In this document: positions 30,424 through 39,861 of the stretch, piece after piece
How positions within the stretch are numbered: position 1 is the first letter of the stretch
How the letters are laid out: the number at the start of each line of letters is the position of its first letter
Translations under genes and position numbers: made by a program
The notes under the pieces: model-generated
The model's input: only the letters and a program-made list of their open reading frames with translations
The model's database searches: none
Told to the model about the DNA's origin: nothing
Assembly (NCBI GenBank): GCA_044226015.1
Contig: JBGAHS010000003.1
Span: 288,001-352,000 of the forward strand
Source of the DNA: Candidatus Obscuribacteraceae bacterium
Lineage (GTDB): Bacteria; Cyanobacteriota; Vampirovibrionia; Obscuribacterales; Obscuribacteraceae
Reading direction: 5' to 3'
DNA length: 64,000 nt

Positions 30424-31104
30424 ATGCAGAAAAGAACGCTGGAAGAACTCTTGAACAGGGATGATCCTGCATGGCCTCTAATTATCAATTGGATGAATGA
30501 AGGCAAAAACAAAGTCGAAGTTCTGCCTGCTAGAGAGCCTGATAGAGCGAACGCGCTGCTAGAAGTTCAGGTCACAACACGCTCACCCATGGGTGCCATC
30601 GTTTATGAAACTGGTGGCATGCTCGTCGACCATGGCTGGCTGAGAATACTTGGTTCGGGTTCTGACAAAATGAATCGGTCTCTAGCAGGATGGAACGCAG
30701 AGATAGGCAACAACATAAATTCAGGAGATGTGCCACCATTTTTGTTGATTGCTGACGATGTGATCGGTGGATTTTTTGCGCTGGACAATGGATTTTTCGG
30801 AAACCCATCGCGCGTCTTCTATTTCTCTCCTGATTCTCTTGATTGGGAAGACACAGAAAAGGGCTACACAGATTTCCTGCTCTGGTGCTTTAACGCAGAT
30901 CTGACTCTATTCTATTCCGACTACAGATGGGCTGGCTGGGAAAACGAAGTCGCCGAACTGAACGGCAACCAGGCATTTACTGTTTATCCATTCCCATTTG
31001 CAGATGGTCCACCAATCGGCCAGCGCAGCCGAGGTGTCGCACCTGTAGCCGAATTGTTTGGACTCTACACAGGCGACCTTCGAGAGCAGTTAGGATTTGA
31101 ATAG
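30424..31104 (+). CDS. DUF2625 family protein
   Basis: QVTTRSPMGAIVYETGG..DHGWLRILGSG, IADDVIGGFFA, PDSLDWE. Confidence 0.85.
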   Translation: MQKRTLEELLNRDDPAWPLIINWMNEGKNKVEVLPAREPDRANALLEVQVTTRSPMGAIVYETGGMLVDHGWLRILGSGSDKMNRSLAGWNAEIGNNINSGDVPPFLLIADDVIGGFFALDNGFFGNPSRVFYFSPDSLDWEDTEKGYTDFLLWCFNADLTLFYSDYRWAGWENEVAELNGNQAFTVYPFPFADGPPIGQRSRGVAPVAELFGLYTGDLREQLGFE

Positions 31105-31306
31105 GCTTCAATCAATAATTTTTTTGTTTGACCGCGACAAACCTTGTACCGTGCAAGCAAATTTCAGTGCTAGCACATTTTTTTGTTTGTTTTTCAACTT
31201 AGCCGAAAATGATGGGGCATGTTGAACCTGACGACCATACTGAATGTGGAATTAACCATACCAAAATCAGACCGGCCCAGTTAGCATTGCTCCAATCGGA
31301 GGGATT

Positions 31307-32239
31307 ATGATTGTAGATGGCGCAGCCAGGTCATTCTTTGCCAACCTTGGTCGACTAACTGGGGCTGCAGAAACAGCTTCTGCCGAGCGACTGTCGGCTT
31401 CCGCGTGGGCACATGCAGTCGAAACTTTGGCTCCCAATCCGAAACAAATCGAGAATGCGGCTCTAGCAACATTGTCCAGGGTGCCGGCATTGCCAACAAT
31501 GGGTCGAGCTGAGCTTGAGAGTCTCCTATCAAATGGCAGCATCAAATACACAAGCAAACCCGCAGAAATGGCAGGCTTTACACACATCAAAACTGGAATT
31601 ATTCAATCGCAAAATGGTGAAATCGTACCAATCGTAGAACGTTCGCTCACTCCACAAAAGACAGCAACAGAGCTGAAAGTGGCGAAAATAAGTGAACTTA
31701 TGCCATTTAGCAATATTTCGCCCGTGACAGTTCCGAACGGCGCCAGCGACGTAATACAACAGCGCGTCGGCATGTCCCTGGAGGAATGGGCCTCCAGAAC
31801 CGACCATAGTTTGCTGGGTGTTGCGCGGGAATGGAACCATGGAGCAACGCCCTTTAGTTTCTCGAGAAGCATGAAAAGTATGCCGTTTCGCGAACAGATG
31901 CTTCAAACCCAGGTACAACGCTCAATTCTGGGCGATTTTGATTCCACTCCTGCTAATTTCGGCATAGCCTTACAGAACCGACGCATAATGATAGCTAACC
32001 TGGACATGAACCAAGCGTTAGAGTTGGTCGCAAGACCTGCGGCTCCGAATATTTCAAGTCTCAGAGGAATGCAGCTTTCGTCGCGAACAATTTCAGCCGT
32101 AGAAAGATTCGCCCAGTTTCAACGCACAGCAGCCGGCTCTGAAGCACTTCATGCCACCGGAGCGAGTTCGCAAGAATTACATTACATGCTAAAGCGCACG
32201 GAATGGTACTTAAAATATCGGCAGCTTGGACCGTTATAG
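31307..32239 (+). CDS. Hypothetical protein with a degenerate HipA/PI3-PI4-kinase-like C-terminal motif
   Basis: GGAGGG RBS; ILGDFDSTPANF...NLDMNQA resembles GDxDRHxxN...D. Confidence 0.45.
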   Translation: MIVDGAARSFFANLGRLTGAAETASAERLSASAWAHAVETLAPNPKQIENAALATLSRVPALPTMGRAELESLLSNGSIKYTSKPAEMAGFTHIKTGIIQSQNGEIVPIVERSLTPQKTATELKVAKISELMPFSNISPVTVPNGASDVIQQRVGMSLEEWASRTDHSLLGVAREWNHGATPFSFSRSMKSMPFREQMLQTQVQRSILGDFDSTPANFGIALQNRRIMIANLDMNQALELVARPAAPNISSLRGMQLSSRTISAVERFAQFQRTAAGSEALHATGASSQELHYMLKRTEWYLKYRQLGPL

Positions 32240-32647
32240 AACCAAGAGCATCTCGTTTGATCTAGCTTCCACCGGAGAGTTCAAATGAAGATGGAAACAT
32301 GCTTAAACGGCTCGCTCTAATTTACTGTCGTTGAATGGGTAAGTTACAGAATTCCTGCAATTTTTAATTACACTCACCGTGTAGCAGAAATTTCCATTGA
32401 GGACGAACGGACGCTTCTTTCAGAATTAGCACAATATTGTGCACTAAATTCAAAGTATCAATGCATGTTTCAGCACCGTCAAAAGCACATTGCTACCCAA
32501 CACAATTTTTGGCGTGGTGCTCTTCCCAAAATTGACTAGCATTTCATTTTGCAATAGTCATAATTGGCTGGTAATGAAACGATCCCAAAAGAGCTGCATC
32601 ATAGTGGCGAGCAGCACAGGTGATTACACTTACAACAAGAGGTGAGT

Positions 32648-33175
32648 ATGGAGCAATCCACTATGGAATCAAGAGTGATTTCAAATGAGGCATCAAATGA
32701 AGGTATTGCAGCTAAGAATCTGCTTGATTGTGTACATGATTGCTTGTCTGCTAATGAAAACAATCGGACAGGCAAAGTCACGGGGATAGGTGGAGTCTTT
32801 TTTAAATCGCACGTCGATCAGCAGGTGCTTAGAGATTGGTACGAAGAAAATTTAGGATTGAAAATCGACAAGAACATCGGTGTTGCGAAATTGATGTGGT
32901 CTGACGACAAAGCTGATGATGGGGGCGTGACGGCATGGGCACCTTCAGCAAAAACTGAAGAGTGGTTTAGTCCTGGTAAACCAGAATTCATGATCAATTA
33001 TCGGGTCGATAACATACAAGCAATACATGAGCGACTGAAGAAGAATAATGCAAATATTGTTCAGGGACCAGAGTCATACGAAAATGGCAAGTTTCTCTGG
33101 GTATTGGATCCTGATGGAAATAAAGTTGAACTTTGGGAACCACGTCGTTGGAATGATAAGAACAAACAACCCTAG
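32648..33175 (+). CDS. VOC/glyoxalase family protein
   Basis: KVTGIGGVFFKS, WYEENLG, FMINYRV, GKFLWVLDPDGNKVELWEP. Start uncertain. Confidence 0.88.
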   Translation: MEQSTMESRVISNEASNEGIAAKNLLDCVHDCLSANENNRTGKVTGIGGVFFKSHVDQQVLRDWYEENLGLKIDKNIGVAKLMWSDDKADDGGVTAWAPSAKTEEWFSPGKPEFMINYRVDNIQAIHERLKKNNANIVQGPESYENGKFLWVLDPDGNKVELWEPRRWNDKNKQP

Positions 33176-33334
33176 TTGGAAATAGGCTGCGCAGCGGCTG
33201 CGGTTACCCACCCTGGCACCAGCGGCAGTGCCTATCTCTTTCTTTGTGGACTCAACATTGACGACAAGAACGCTTGGCTTCTTTTTCAGCGGCATGTAGA
33301 TTTCATCTGACTTGTGACGCGAGCCAAATCCTCG

Positions 33335-33679
33335 CTATTCGATTGGTCCTTGAATCACCCATTCGCCAGCGATCCACTTCTTCACTATCTGCCTAGTGTC
33401 GCCAGGATTTTCCAATCCATGTTCTTTTTTTGCTCTTTCATAATTGGCGTCGCTAACTTTCACTACAAATCCGCCGATGCCATGTCCTCCCTCAACACTG
33501 TAATCTGTGACCCGGACTCCGATATCTCCATTGTCTTGCATTTGCGCCCACTCCCACATGCTGCCTTCGCGAGCCTTGCGTTCAATTGCAAATTCAGCTT
33601 GTTCTTCAGAAGTAGGATCGGTCATGTTCTTCAGTTTCTCGCGCATTCGGCTGAGACGCCCTGACTGCTCACTGGTCAT
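33335..33679 (-). CDS. Hypothetical protein (114 aa)
   Basis: GGAGG RBS and plausible composition; no family recognised. Confidence 0.6.
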   Translation of the reverse strand: MTSEQSGRLSRMREKLKNMTDPTSEEQAEFAIERKAREGSMWEWAQMQDNGDIGVRVTDYSVEGGHGIGGFVVKVSDANYERAKKEHGLENPGDTRQIVKKWIAGEWVIQGPIE

Positions 33680-33880
33680 TTAAAAGATCCTCCATTGCCT
33701 TCAAGAAATTTGGCTCACCTTTTCCTTGTCCGATGATTGAGTTGTATACCTCTTCGGCCTGTTCAAATTTCTTTTGCTGAATAAGCTTTTCAGCAATCTT
33801 GAACTGATCTGCCTTCTGTTCCGTGTTCCAAGCCTCACTTAGCTTGGGTATATAGTCCTATGTACCCAGGAGCTGCGCTG

Positions 33881-34411
33881 ATGAGCAATGACGGACAAGA
33901 CAAGCAAGAGCGGCCCGAACGTCAGCTGGACCGGCAGCCCGAGCATGTGAAACGCGCTCAGGGCGAAATAAATGCAAATGTCATAGAAGAATTTGCGCAT
34001 GAGTCGTACCATGTAACCCACCAGTTTCTGAATAAGCTTTATGCCGGTGACAAACTTGATCAAAAGACGTATACCGACACATTTATGTGGGGGGAAGTTG
34101 GCTCAATGCTGGCTGAGTCTGCTGTTCATTCAGAACTAGGGCATCCTGGACACACAGATTTCAATTACTTAAAGCCTGATGGCAAGGCAGATGCGTTACA
34201 CATTGATGAGTTTATGAAGACGCACACAAAGAAGGATCTTTTTGATTTTTTGTATACTCATCCCCCCTCGGGAAAGGGTGAGGAACTGTATCCGACGCAT
34301 TATGCCGCTAACTACAAAAACTACGAAGCGGTCTACCAGAAAAACAAACCAGCGGCCCTTCAATATGTAAAACGTTGGGTGCAGAGCGGACACAAAGCAG
34401 AAGACATTTAA
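33881..34411 (+). CDS. Hypothetical protein with HExxH zincin-like motif
   Basis: AGGAG RBS before 33881; FAHESYH followed by a downstream Glu (WGEV). Confidence 0.55.
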   Translation: MSNDGQDKQERPERQLDRQPEHVKRAQGEINANVIEEFAHESYHVTHQFLNKLYAGDKLDQKTYTDTFMWGEVGSMLAESAVHSELGHPGHTDFNYLKPDGKADALHIDEFMKTHTKKDLFDFLYTHPPSGKGEELYPTHYAANYKNYEAVYQKNKPAALQYVKRWVQSGHKAEDI

Positions 34412-34806
34412 TAGCAGTGGCTCTTAACTTCGATGTTGCTGACGGTACCAGATGGGGAAAACGACAGGTCTAAAGTCTTCCAAGTGTAACCACACTGATC
34501 GACTCCTTGCACATGGTCTAGAGTGTAGCTGTAGTAAGCATCATAATGCCCCCACATACCTTCCCCAGCTTCATGATCGTCATTAGGCTTTCCCAGTATC
34601 CTTAAGACTTCTAGTTTTGTGGCTTTTTGAAACCGCTGTTTGATGTAATTGCAAGCGACCGAGGGTCTCGAATGCTGCCATTCAGATCTGTCGAATCCTT
34701 GTAGTAACGCGAAAGAATCTTGAGCGAAAACGTTTATCTTAGGTAATAGACAAGCCGTCAAGGCGGTCAAGAAACAAACAAAACTAATCAGCAAAAGTCT
34801 TTTCAT
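34408..34806 (-). CDS. Exported small protein with a BamE/SmpA-like motif
   Basis: MKRLLL signal sequence; TKLEVLRILGKP...YSY...LSF...V pattern. Confidence 0.5.
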   Translation of the reverse strand: MKRLLLISFVCFLTALTACLLPKINVFAQDSFALLQGFDRSEWQHSRPSVACNYIKQRFQKATKLEVLRILGKPNDDHEAGEGMWGHYDAYYSYTLDHVQGVDQCGYTWKTLDLSFSPSGTVSNIEVKSHCY

Positions 34807-34944
34807 AGTTACTCGAGTTTGCATTGAAAGCAAGTATTCCACAACCCGGTAAACCGCATAATCCGGGTCGTTACTATCAATCAGGTGGAATATTGGCAGT
34901 GTTCTCATACGGCTCCTCGTTTACGCAAAAATCTTTCAGCGCTT

Positions 34945-35525
34945 GCAACCACCAAGCAGTGATCTACTTGTACCGTAGTCGACAGGGGCGCCGCCGATAC
35001 TCGACTATTTAGAGCAGCCACCGACATAGCCTCTTTCCACAAAGAGCGCCAGGAAGGAAAAGAGAAAGCCGAGAAGCAGTTTGATTGAGCGAGGATACAT
35101 CAAATAATATTCCTCATTGTTCAGGCACTTCGCCAGGCGAAACACCAAGCTTATGGCGTTCGCTTCGAAGATCAGAAGGTCCATTTTGCACAATGCTATC
35201 GTCGTTTGGAATCTCACTCAGCTACCAGAGCTTTGCGAGACTGACTCCACACCGACTTGGCCCCATCGACACCAGGCGGCAAGACTCGTTGAGGCTCAAA
35301 AGCCCCTCGTCGTACATCCTCTGTTCTGAACAGAAAGTCACCTTGTGGCATAGGACCATGGTAAAGTTGCCCCATTAGGCGATGCGGAATAAATTCCCGC
35401 ACCACTGGGCTATCTTTGTCATAGCGAAAGCTACGCCAGGGAGACTGTATCCAGCGGATCGGATCTTGCCAGCCGTCAGCTTTATCGCTCGCAACCACCA
35501 AGCAGTGATCTACTTGTACCGTAGT
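34945..35525. repeat. 35-bp exact direct repeat (34945-34979 and 35491-35525)
   Basis: GCAACCACCAAGCAGTGATCTACTTGTACCGTAGT in both places; one copy is inside the 35214-36590 CDS. Confidence 0.9.
35005..35217 (-). CDS. Possible small membrane protein or gene remnant
   Basis: 70-aa ORF overlapping the upstream stop by 4 nt; C-terminal hydrophobic stretch. Confidence 0.3.
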   Translation of the reverse strand: MRFQTTIALCKMDLLIFEANAISLVFRLAKCLNNEEYYLMYPRSIKLLLGFLFSFLALFVERGYVGGCSK

Positions 35526-36590
35526 ATCTAGGATCGGTGGCTTGCCGTCATGCGCGTCTAGAGCAGGAAAAAACAATAGGTCAGGATGCTGCGGCTCGTA
35601 CCACCAAAGCATAGGAGAGGACTTTTGAGCATCCCGATTATCGAAGCAACAAAGAGCGATGGTCCACCCCTTATACCACTTGGAATAAGCATCAAATATC
35701 TCGTGATTAAGTTTGGGGCGTTTAGTCTCCGGGACTTTATTGAGGACACTTGGTATTTGCGATGCGTCAGCAGCGAGCACCACTGTATAAATACCGCTGT
35801 TAAAGACCATGGGTCCATCGAATAGGCTGGCATCGCGGCCAGAAGCACAAAGCCAGTTAACCATCCCTGGAAATGCTAGTCCCATAATAATGAGCTGAAC
35901 TCCAGTTGCAATACGGCGAACCCTGAGATTCTTCTTGCTTAAGCCAATAACAATGAACACAGCTCCACAGATTAAGCCACCTAGCTCTGCAAAATTTGCG
36001 CTTGTATTCAGCAGCGCCTCAAGGTTGGCCAGATTGTTGATACGTACTGTGCCAACGGTATTAATTTCCGGAAGCTTCGGAGCTAGCCACATCCATAAGA
36101 GTCCAATCGCGCTCCCTGCCACCACGATTAATATCATGATTGCCGTAGCACTTAACCAGGATAATATCAACGGCTTTAGAGCCCTGATGATGGTTGTCCT
36201 GAACCGTATACAAAGACCAATGCAAATCACACCGAGCACACAAAAGACTGTAAACGGATCAACAATCGGTTCTGTCACCGTTGCCTGCATCTTGTCCATA
36301 AAGTCCGCGATATTGGACGTGTCCACAATATTTTTTTCTGACATTGTGCCGGGCACTGCAGGGATCGGCAAAAACATAGCATTGCCTCCTGTTGCTCCAT
36401 TCTGGGCGGTGTTTTCATAACCCAAGAGATGGATACGTTTACCATCCTTCTCAAGTTCCGACACGAAGCCCACGGTGTTGGTAAACTCGGCAAAGTCAAG
36501 AGAGCAACAGGCGAACGCAGCGATACTACAAAGAGAAATAAAAAGCGAAACAACCAGCAAGCATGCTGCTTTAATATGCTTCCGCAACAT
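35214..36590 (-). CDS. Exported uncharacterised protein carrying an internal 4-TM insert that includes a pilin-like module
   Basis: Signal peptide; globular halves (HLLGYENTA..NAMFLP / YTVVLA..CCFDN..PALDAHDG..VDH) flank hydrophobic helices; the insert is homologous to the C-terminal half of 3518-4021. Confidence 0.8.
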   Translation of the reverse strand: MLRKHIKAACLLVVSLFISLCSIAAFACCSLDFAEFTNTVGFVSELEKDGKRIHLLGYENTAQNGATGGNAMFLPIPAVPGTMSEKNIVDTSNIADFMDKMQATVTEPIVDPFTVFCVLGVICIGLCIRFRTTIIRALKPLILSWLSATAIMILIVVAGSAIGLLWMWLAPKLPEINTVGTVRINNLANLEALLNTSANFAELGGLICGAVFIVIGLSKKNLRVRRIATGVQLIIMGLAFPGMVNWLCASGRDASLFDGPMVFNSGIYTVVLAADASQIPSVLNKVPETKRPKLNHEIFDAYSKWYKGWTIALCCFDNRDAQKSSPMLWWYEPQHPDLLFFPALDAHDGKPPILDTTVQVDHCLVVASDKADGWQDPIRWIQSPWRSFRYDKDSPVVREFIPHRLMGQLYHGPMPQGDFLFRTEDVRRGAFEPQRVLPPGVDGAKSVWSQSRKALVAE

Positions 36591-36816
36591 GAATTACCCC
36601 CCGAAGGCACCTAACATCGAATGATTACTATAGAGGCCGGAGGCAAGTTAGTGCAAAATTGTTTCTGTGAATATGTTCACATGATTCCTGATTGGCGCTT
36701 GCTCGGCGTCAATAGATAGAGAAAGGCAATTCAAAAAATGTATTTTGACAATGCAGAAATTGGAAATCGGCACGACAACCGTTGGACATAGATAGAGCAA
36801 ACAGGTCCTCGATCGT

Positions 36817-39800
36817 TTGGCGAATCGGGGCGCGGATGAAACTGACAAAACTGTGAACTTAAGCAGTTCAGAAACACTCAGGGAAAACCCCGTTGATCGG
36901 AGTCAAAGTAAATACGAATATGGGCTACCATCTGGGAGCTTGCTTCATTTGAAAAAGTACCTGGCGAAATTCGATTCCGCAATAAGCGACAGAAACTTCC
37001 CTCTTTGGGTTTTGGCAACAATCGCCATTCTGACAATGCCGACTCGATTTCAACCGATTGCGTTTTTCCTTGTCGTAAGCAGTGTATTTTACAGGTATTT
37101 GAAATTACATCCAGGCGCGCTGAATGATCGAGCGGTGCTCTTCCGACCGGAAATACAAAAAGCTGCGCTAATTGGATTTGTATGGCTTCTCTGGCAAGCC
37201 GGACTACCCTTTTGTTACTGGGGAATGCCAAGCCAAATAGCAATTCCACTGATTCTTTCTACATACTTCTGCCCGCTTTTGGCCTATATTGCCGTCGTTT
37301 TAGCAGCTGGCGCATCGCATCCGAAAGCAAGCAAAAGCAGTGAGGCTGAAGATGAAGGCGTAAAAGCAAAATCGCAACGACAGCTTGAACACTGGACACA
37401 TACAACCTGTGCAGGCTACATGAGCGCATTCGTCGTCAGCATGATTGCAATTGCATGTTTTCCGTACAGTCTCGGAAAGTGGGTTACAGGATGGCTGTTA
37501 GCTTCAGGAATCGACGCGAACCTACCTGGCATGAGCGAATTTATCGCACGAGAAATATATATATTTGGAACTCAGGCTCACCCAATCTACGTGGTGCATG
37601 AACCAGCATCTGTGGTATTCGGGCAACTCGTAAGCATGGCATTAGCACTCCTCTTAATCTTCGGACTCTGGCCCAAAGCCCTCAAATTCTCGGCATTTCT
37701 GACAATATGGACAAAGAAAACAAAAGGAACTTCAAAGGCAAATCCCTTCGAAACCTTCATATCCACAATCAGGGCAGAAAAAAGCACAATTGAACTGAAG
37801 AGAACAAACTCTTTCAAGCGCAATCTATTCAACAGCGCTACATGGCTCATATCATGCTATCTGTCACTGTTTTTGTTTTTTGGATTTTGCGGGGGACCAT
37901 TAGGGAAAGCAATTTCCGGCTGGATGAACGGGTCTCTCGTAAAAGCATTCAGCACTGGCAAAGGAACCAGCGCCCCAACACAACTAAGAGTCGCGCCACC
38001 ACAAGATGCCATAAAAGCAGAGATTGATCCGGCGAAGCAAAACAGCACAACGAAGTCAGCAACAGCTTCAAGAAGAAATAGACTTCCAAAAACAAAGTGG
38101 TACCAGAGCGTCCCCATCAAGCATTCGTATGTGATGAAAGAACGAAAGGGAATTCAGGCGTGGATTGACAAAAACGGTGTAGGCGCGCACCCGAATCTCA
38201 GAGTTTTTCTTGCGGCAATAATTGCGTTATATGGCACAGTTCCACTATCAGTGATGGGCGCAGTCTTTTTGCCATACCTTAAACGAAAGAAAATCGTGCT
38301 GAGCAAAGACGCTATCTTCTTACCAGAAAATTCAAAGGGGCTAATGGGTTCGAAGGCTTTAAGACTCTGGTCAGAACTTGCATCAGTTAACTTGAAACTG
38401 AAAAAGAACAACAGCCCTGAAAGTGGAAGCTTAGAAATCAGATTCCACGACAAGAGCAAGGTAGAACTAAAAATAGCGCAAATGAAAGATCAAGAGTTGG
38501 AGACATTCCTTTCCGCGATTGACGAGAATTCGCCTGAGTGCTCAGTTTCCGACGAGGTTCTGGACTTCAGGCATCAACTCAGAACAAAAACAGGTAGTAG
38601 AAATTTAGACAAAGAGATCAGTTCAATCAGCGGCGACCAATTTCAATCGACTATTTTTCAAACGCATGAGCCAGGAGCCTATCTACCTGACGGAGAAACA
38701 CGAATCGTTCGTTTATTGGCTTCGCGTCCACTTTCCTGTGTCTATCTTGTTCGCAGAGCGAACGGTAAACTGGGAATCGCAAAGCAGTTTTTCCTGGCAG
38801 GAAATGACGAAGAAACAGAGGCGATGCGTAAATGTCTTCAGCGCGAATACGAGCTTCTCGGCAAAATTGATCACCCATCAATAGCAAAAGTGCTTGAGGT
38901 TTTCCAGCGAGAAGAATCAACATACCTATTGCTCGAACATGTTTACGGAACAGACCTGCGCACCCTCGTTTCATCTCAAGGTGGTCACCCGGAAGCAGAG
39001 ATTTACGACTGGGCAATTCAAATCTGCGACATCATGACTTACTTGCACTCTCAAGATCCCCCCATACTTCACAGAGACTTGACACCAGACAACCTGGTTC
39101 TCACAGAAGAAGGAAAAATCCGTGTCATAGATTTCGGTGCTGCGCAGAGATTTGTAGAAGGAATCACCGGCACAATAATTGGAAAGCAATGCTATGTTCC
39201 TCCCGAACAATTGCAGGGACACGCCAGTGTAAGAAGCGACATTTATAGCTTTGCCGGTGTCCTTCAGTTTTTGCTAACCGGCGAAGACCCAGTCGCATTG
39301 ACTCAGTCAGACCCGTCGCTCAATTCAAATGCTTCTGCCGAACTGAGCGCCGTAGTTAAACAATGCAGTGAGTTTGACGAAAGCCTGCGACCAGAGTCTT
39401 TTGAAAAGGTAAAAGAGCTTCTGATGGATGCTCGAGAAAAGCCTGTCAAAGAAGTAATTCAAAACTTGAGAAAAGTAGCCGAATCTCAAGACATAGCGAC
39501 TGCATTAATGAATGTTCTGCGAGGAACACAACAAAGCGCGGAAGCAAACTCACAAGTCTCTCCGAAAGCGCAAGCAAGCACCGAAGCGCCAACCATCCCT
39601 GCCGAAACGCAAGCAAGCTCCGCAGAAGCGCCAGCCATCCCTGCCGAAACGCAGGCAAGATCCGCAGAAGCGCCAGCCATCCCTGCCGAAACGCAGGCAA
39701 GATCCGCAGAAGCGCCAGCCATCCCTGCAAAATCAACGACGGATTGCCACGAAGAACAAACCGTCATAGTCAGCACCATTACCAAGCTAGACGTATCCAA

Positions 39801-39855
39801 TAAATCCGAAACGGAAGATTCCCTATTAGTTAAAGCAGGCGTAGCGCAGGAGTAG
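36817..39855 (+). CDS. Polytopic membrane Ser/Thr protein kinase (C-terminal kinase domain)
   Basis: Multiple N-terminal TMs; AKQF, RE, HRDLTPDN, DFG, YVPPEQ, SDIYS. TTG start uncertain. Confidence 0.9.
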   Translation: MANRGADETDKTVNLSSSETLRENPVDRSQSKYEYGLPSGSLLHLKKYLAKFDSAISDRNFPLWVLATIAILTMPTRFQPIAFFLVVSSVFYRYLKLHPGALNDRAVLFRPEIQKAALIGFVWLLWQAGLPFCYWGMPSQIAIPLILSTYFCPLLAYIAVVLAAGASHPKASKSSEAEDEGVKAKSQRQLEHWTHTTCAGYMSAFVVSMIAIACFPYSLGKWVTGWLLASGIDANLPGMSEFIAREIYIFGTQAHPIYVVHEPASVVFGQLVSMALALLLIFGLWPKALKFSAFLTIWTKKTKGTSKANPFETFISTIRAEKSTIELKRTNSFKRNLFNSATWLISCYLSLFLFFGFCGGPLGKAISGWMNGSLVKAFSTGKGTSAPTQLRVAPPQDAIKAEIDPAKQNSTTKSATASRRNRLPKTKWYQSVPIKHSYVMKERKGIQAWIDKNGVGAHPNLRVFLAAIIALYGTVPLSVMGAVFLPYLKRKKIVLSKDAIFLPENSKGLMGSKALRLWSELASVNLKLKKNNSPESGSLEIRFHDKSKVELKIAQMKDQELETFLSAIDENSPECSVSDEVLDFRHQLRTKTGSRNLDKEISSISGDQFQSTIFQTHEPGAYLPDGETRIVRLLASRPLSCVYLVRRANGKLGIAKQFFLAGNDEETEAMRKCLQREYELLGKIDHPSIAKVLEVFQREESTYLLLEHVYGTDLRTLVSSQGGHPEAEIYDWAIQICDIMTYLHSQDPPILHRDLTPDNLVLTEEGKIRVIDFGAAQRFVEGITGTIIGKQCYVPPEQLQGHASVRSDIYSFAGVLQFLLTGEDPVALTQSDPSLNSNASAELSAVVKQCSEFDESLRPESFEKVKELLMDAREKPVKEVIQNLRKVAESQDIATALMNVLRGTQQSAEANSQVSPKAQASTEAPTIPAETQASSAEAPAIPAETQARSAEAPAIPAETQARSAEAPAIPAKSTTDCHEEQTVIVSTITKLDVSNKSETEDSLLVKAGVAQE
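39562..39733 (+). repeat. In-frame 42-bp tandem repeat (x4) in the kinase tail
   Basis: Encodes (AETQARSAEAPAIP)n; the last two units are nearly identical at DNA level. Confidence 0.92.
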
Positions 39856-39861
39856 CGTGAA

